Source: Malacoraja senta (lineage: Eukaryota). From it: DNA of 64,000 nucleotides. The stretch covers positions 25,112,001 through 25,176,000 of the forward strand of contig CM075987.1 in assembly GCA_038087875.1 (NCBI GenBank), given 5' to 3'. The position numbers and the translations under genes are program-made. Each line of letters starts with the position of its first letter. The first letter of the stretch is position 1. The notes under the pieces are model-generated. The model ran no database searches. It was not told the origin of the DNA and saw nothing but the letters and a program-made list of their open reading frames with translations. This document shows positions 61,488-64,000 of the stretch, piece by piece.

Positions 61488-61657
61488 GGGGTCAAGGAAA
61501 GAGCGTTCACGTCACGGCCCTGTTTCCAACAATCTTTCCACCACCACGCACAAGAAGCGCAAGAAGCGTAAGAAACACCATTGGATGCAGATGCCGAGAA
61601 GTGTGTTCAGCTTTGACTGAACAGCTTCTAATCTTGTGTGTGGACTCGATAAGAAGA
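61488..61657 (+). mobile_element. Family B ribozyme-headed retroelement, second copy (ribozyme mutated)
   Basis: TSD AGTTCATTCCT (61477-61487, 61658-61668); starts exactly at GGGGTC; (AAG)n tail. Confidence 0.88.
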
Positions 61658-61779
61658 AGTTCATTCCTTAGAAGTTGGCTGACTACATGAAGAACAGCGG
61701 TGCGTACCATCACAAAGTGGCTTAAAAATGTTTCAATCAATTGCCCTCTCACTCTTCTGAACTGCGGCAGGGTCAAACC

Positions 61780-62082
61780 TATGGAGGAGCAGCACCTCAT
61801 ATTTCGCTTGGGTAGTTTACACCCCAGCGGTATGAACATTGACTTCTCCAATTTCAGATAGTCCCTGCTTTCTCCTTCTTTCACCTCCCCTTCCCAGCTC
61901 TCCCACAACCCACTGTCTCAGCCTCTTCCTTTCTTCTTCCCGTCCCCCCCACCCCCACGTCGAGGCTGAAGAAGGGTCTCGACCCGAAACGTCGCCTATT
62001 TCCTTCGCTCCATGGATGCTGAGTTTCTCCAGCATTTTTGTCTATCTTCGATTTTCCAGCATCCGCAGTTCTTTCTTAAACC
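61780..62082 (+). mobile_element. Penelope-like element 3' fragment
   Basis: EEQHLIFRLGSLHPSGMNIDFSNFR*, then CTGAAGAAGGGTCTCGACCCGAAACGTC (61966-61993). Confidence 0.85.
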
Positions 62083-62564
62083 TATCCTGACTGATGTTTC
62101 TTCGGCAGGGAACCAGTCCATTCCTGGCATTCGTGCATTGAATCTACGCTGCAGGAAACTGCTTTCAATATATCAACATTGCTCCTTAGACCAACACAGC
62201 ACATATTAGTGTAGATGTGGTTTTATGAATGCCTGATAAAACTGAATCGTAACCTGCTACTTTGCTATTCATTTCCATTGAACGTAAACATTACCATTCA
62301 TTTTCACAGAATCACTCACTGGTATTCTAAAATATGTTTTTTCCCATTTCAATGTGACCCTTGATTGGTACCAGCCATGCATGAATACAGGCACTTCAGG
62401 AAGAAGCCACCATTACTTAGCAAGACAACCCATCCATTTCAGATTTTGAAGTGGTTTGCAGATCTAACGTTCAAAATGTGTCGATCCCAATGAAGGAATT
62501 AATCCATAAAAACCCGTCAATATTTACAGGTAATGTGAAACTGCTTTTAAGATTTGATGGTCTT

Positions 62565-62775
62565 TTTAGACTTTAGAGATACAGCGCGGAAACAGGCTCT
62601 TCAGCCCACCGAGTCCGCACCGACCACCAATCGCCCCGTACACTAGCACTATCCCACACACACGAGGGACAGGTTTTTTTTCTTCAACTTACCGAAGCCA
62701 ATTAACCTACAACGCTGTGCGTCTTTGGAGTGTGGGAGGAAACCAGAGCACCCGGAGAAAACCCACGCAGGTCAC
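62565..62775 (-). mobile_element. HE1-like V-SINE 3' part
   Basis: V-domain and tail. Confidence 0.75.
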
Positions 62776-63509
62776 GATTCTGTGCATCCATCTGGCCTGA
62801 GAAGAAACCAGAGTTTTGCACATCTGTATGAAGTTTTCTGCAGTTAACCCTATCTCCTGCTTTTGGCTGGATTCCGACAATCCATAAATAATTCACTCTC
62901 TGATGAGCTGAGTCCGGCAAATCTGCAGTTATCTGCTAACAATCTTGATGCTGTGAACAAAATAGCAATGGATTCGCCATGCTCCTTGGGTCAGAGATAG
63001 TGCGGTAATGGGCAACTATTTCAGTTAGGCAGGCTGCGTTGCCTTTTTAATGCACATAATATTGCACATTCTCCAGGGTCTCATTTGAGGAGTTATGGTC
63101 GGTACAATCCTTGCAAGCCATGAGCTCCAGTAACATCTTCATGATTTTTTCTTTTGCACTTTATCTGACAGCCAGCGTAAAATGGAATGAAAACCCTTCC
63201 TTCCACAATCACCAATCTTTGGAGGGGTCGTTTGTCTGGGATTGAGCAGCTTGCTAGACACAAAATGCTGGAGTAACTCAGCGGGACAGGCAGCATCTCT
63301 GGAGAAAACATCACCAATGAACCACGAGTTACGTGACTCAATTGAAAAGGAGCAAACAAACACCTCAAGGCACTTAATGTGCAGGAAGGAACTGCAGATG
63401 CTGGTTTAAACCGAAGAAGGACACAAAAAGCTGGAGTAACTCAGCGGGACAGGCAGCATCTCTGGAGAAAAGGAATGGGTGACGTTTTGGGTCGAGACCC
63501 TTCTTCACA

Positions 63510-63793
63510 CTGGTGCAGCAGTAGAGTTGCAGCCTCGCAGCGCCAGAGACCCGGGTTCGACCCCGACCATGGATGCTGTCTGCCCCTGTCTGCCTGCGTG
63601 TGTTTTCTTCAGGGCGCTCCAGTTTCCTCCCACACTCCAAACTCGTAGAGATATGTAGGTTAATTGGCTTGGTGTATGTATGAATTGTCCCTAGTGTGTG
63701 CAGGATAGCGTTAATGTGCGGGGATCGCTGGTCGGTGCGGACTCGGTGGGCCGAAGAGCCTGTTTCCGCGCTGTATCTCCAAACTAAACTAAA
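63510..63793 (+). mobile_element. HE1-like V-SINE
   Basis: B box GGTTCGACCC, V-domain, (AAACT)n tail. Confidence 0.8.
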
Positions 63794-64000
63794 CTTCCAC
63801 TGGCAGCGAGTTTCCTATGTTTACAGGAGCTATGAACGCAATCTGAAGAAGGGTCTTGACCTGAAACATCACCCATTCCTTTTCTCCAGAGGTACTGCCT
63901 GTCCCGCTGAGTTACTCCAGCATTTTGTGTCCTTCTTCGGTTTAAACCAGCATCTGCAGTTCCTTCCTGCACATGAAGTGGCTTGAGGTGTTTGTTTGCT

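Overview
Repeat-dense vertebrate intronic or intergenic DNA with two 200-N scaffold gaps. It is most likely from a cartilaginous fish (skate/ray/shark); this is inferred from about 28 HE1-like V-SINEs paired with HER1/CR1-type LINEs. I could not support any host protein-coding exon, and every long recognisable ORF is transposon-derived: two CR1 LINEs, one L1, a Penelope-like element with a GIY-YIG domain, Rex-Babar 3' ends and Gypsy integrase remnants. Also present are hAT, PIF/Harbinger-like and Tigger-like MITEs, L2 ends and a CORE-type SINE. The most striking signal is a set of ribozyme-headed short retroelements. Three 137-178 bp insertions from two families (14547-14683, 49117-49294, 61488-61657) begin with a minimal, P4-less HDV/CPEB3-like double-pseudoknot ribozyme, whose P1/P2/P3 stems covary between the families, and end in (AAG)n plus a target-site duplication (TSD). 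A fourth, internally deleted Ingi/Vingi-like element (26109-26598, minus) carries a P4-containing HDV-like ribozyme. About 20 Penelope-derived short elements carry minimal hammerhead-type motifs, several as TSD-flanked palindromes. All RNA folds were made by eye and are not experimentally or computationally verified. Coordinates of degraded repeats are approximate.
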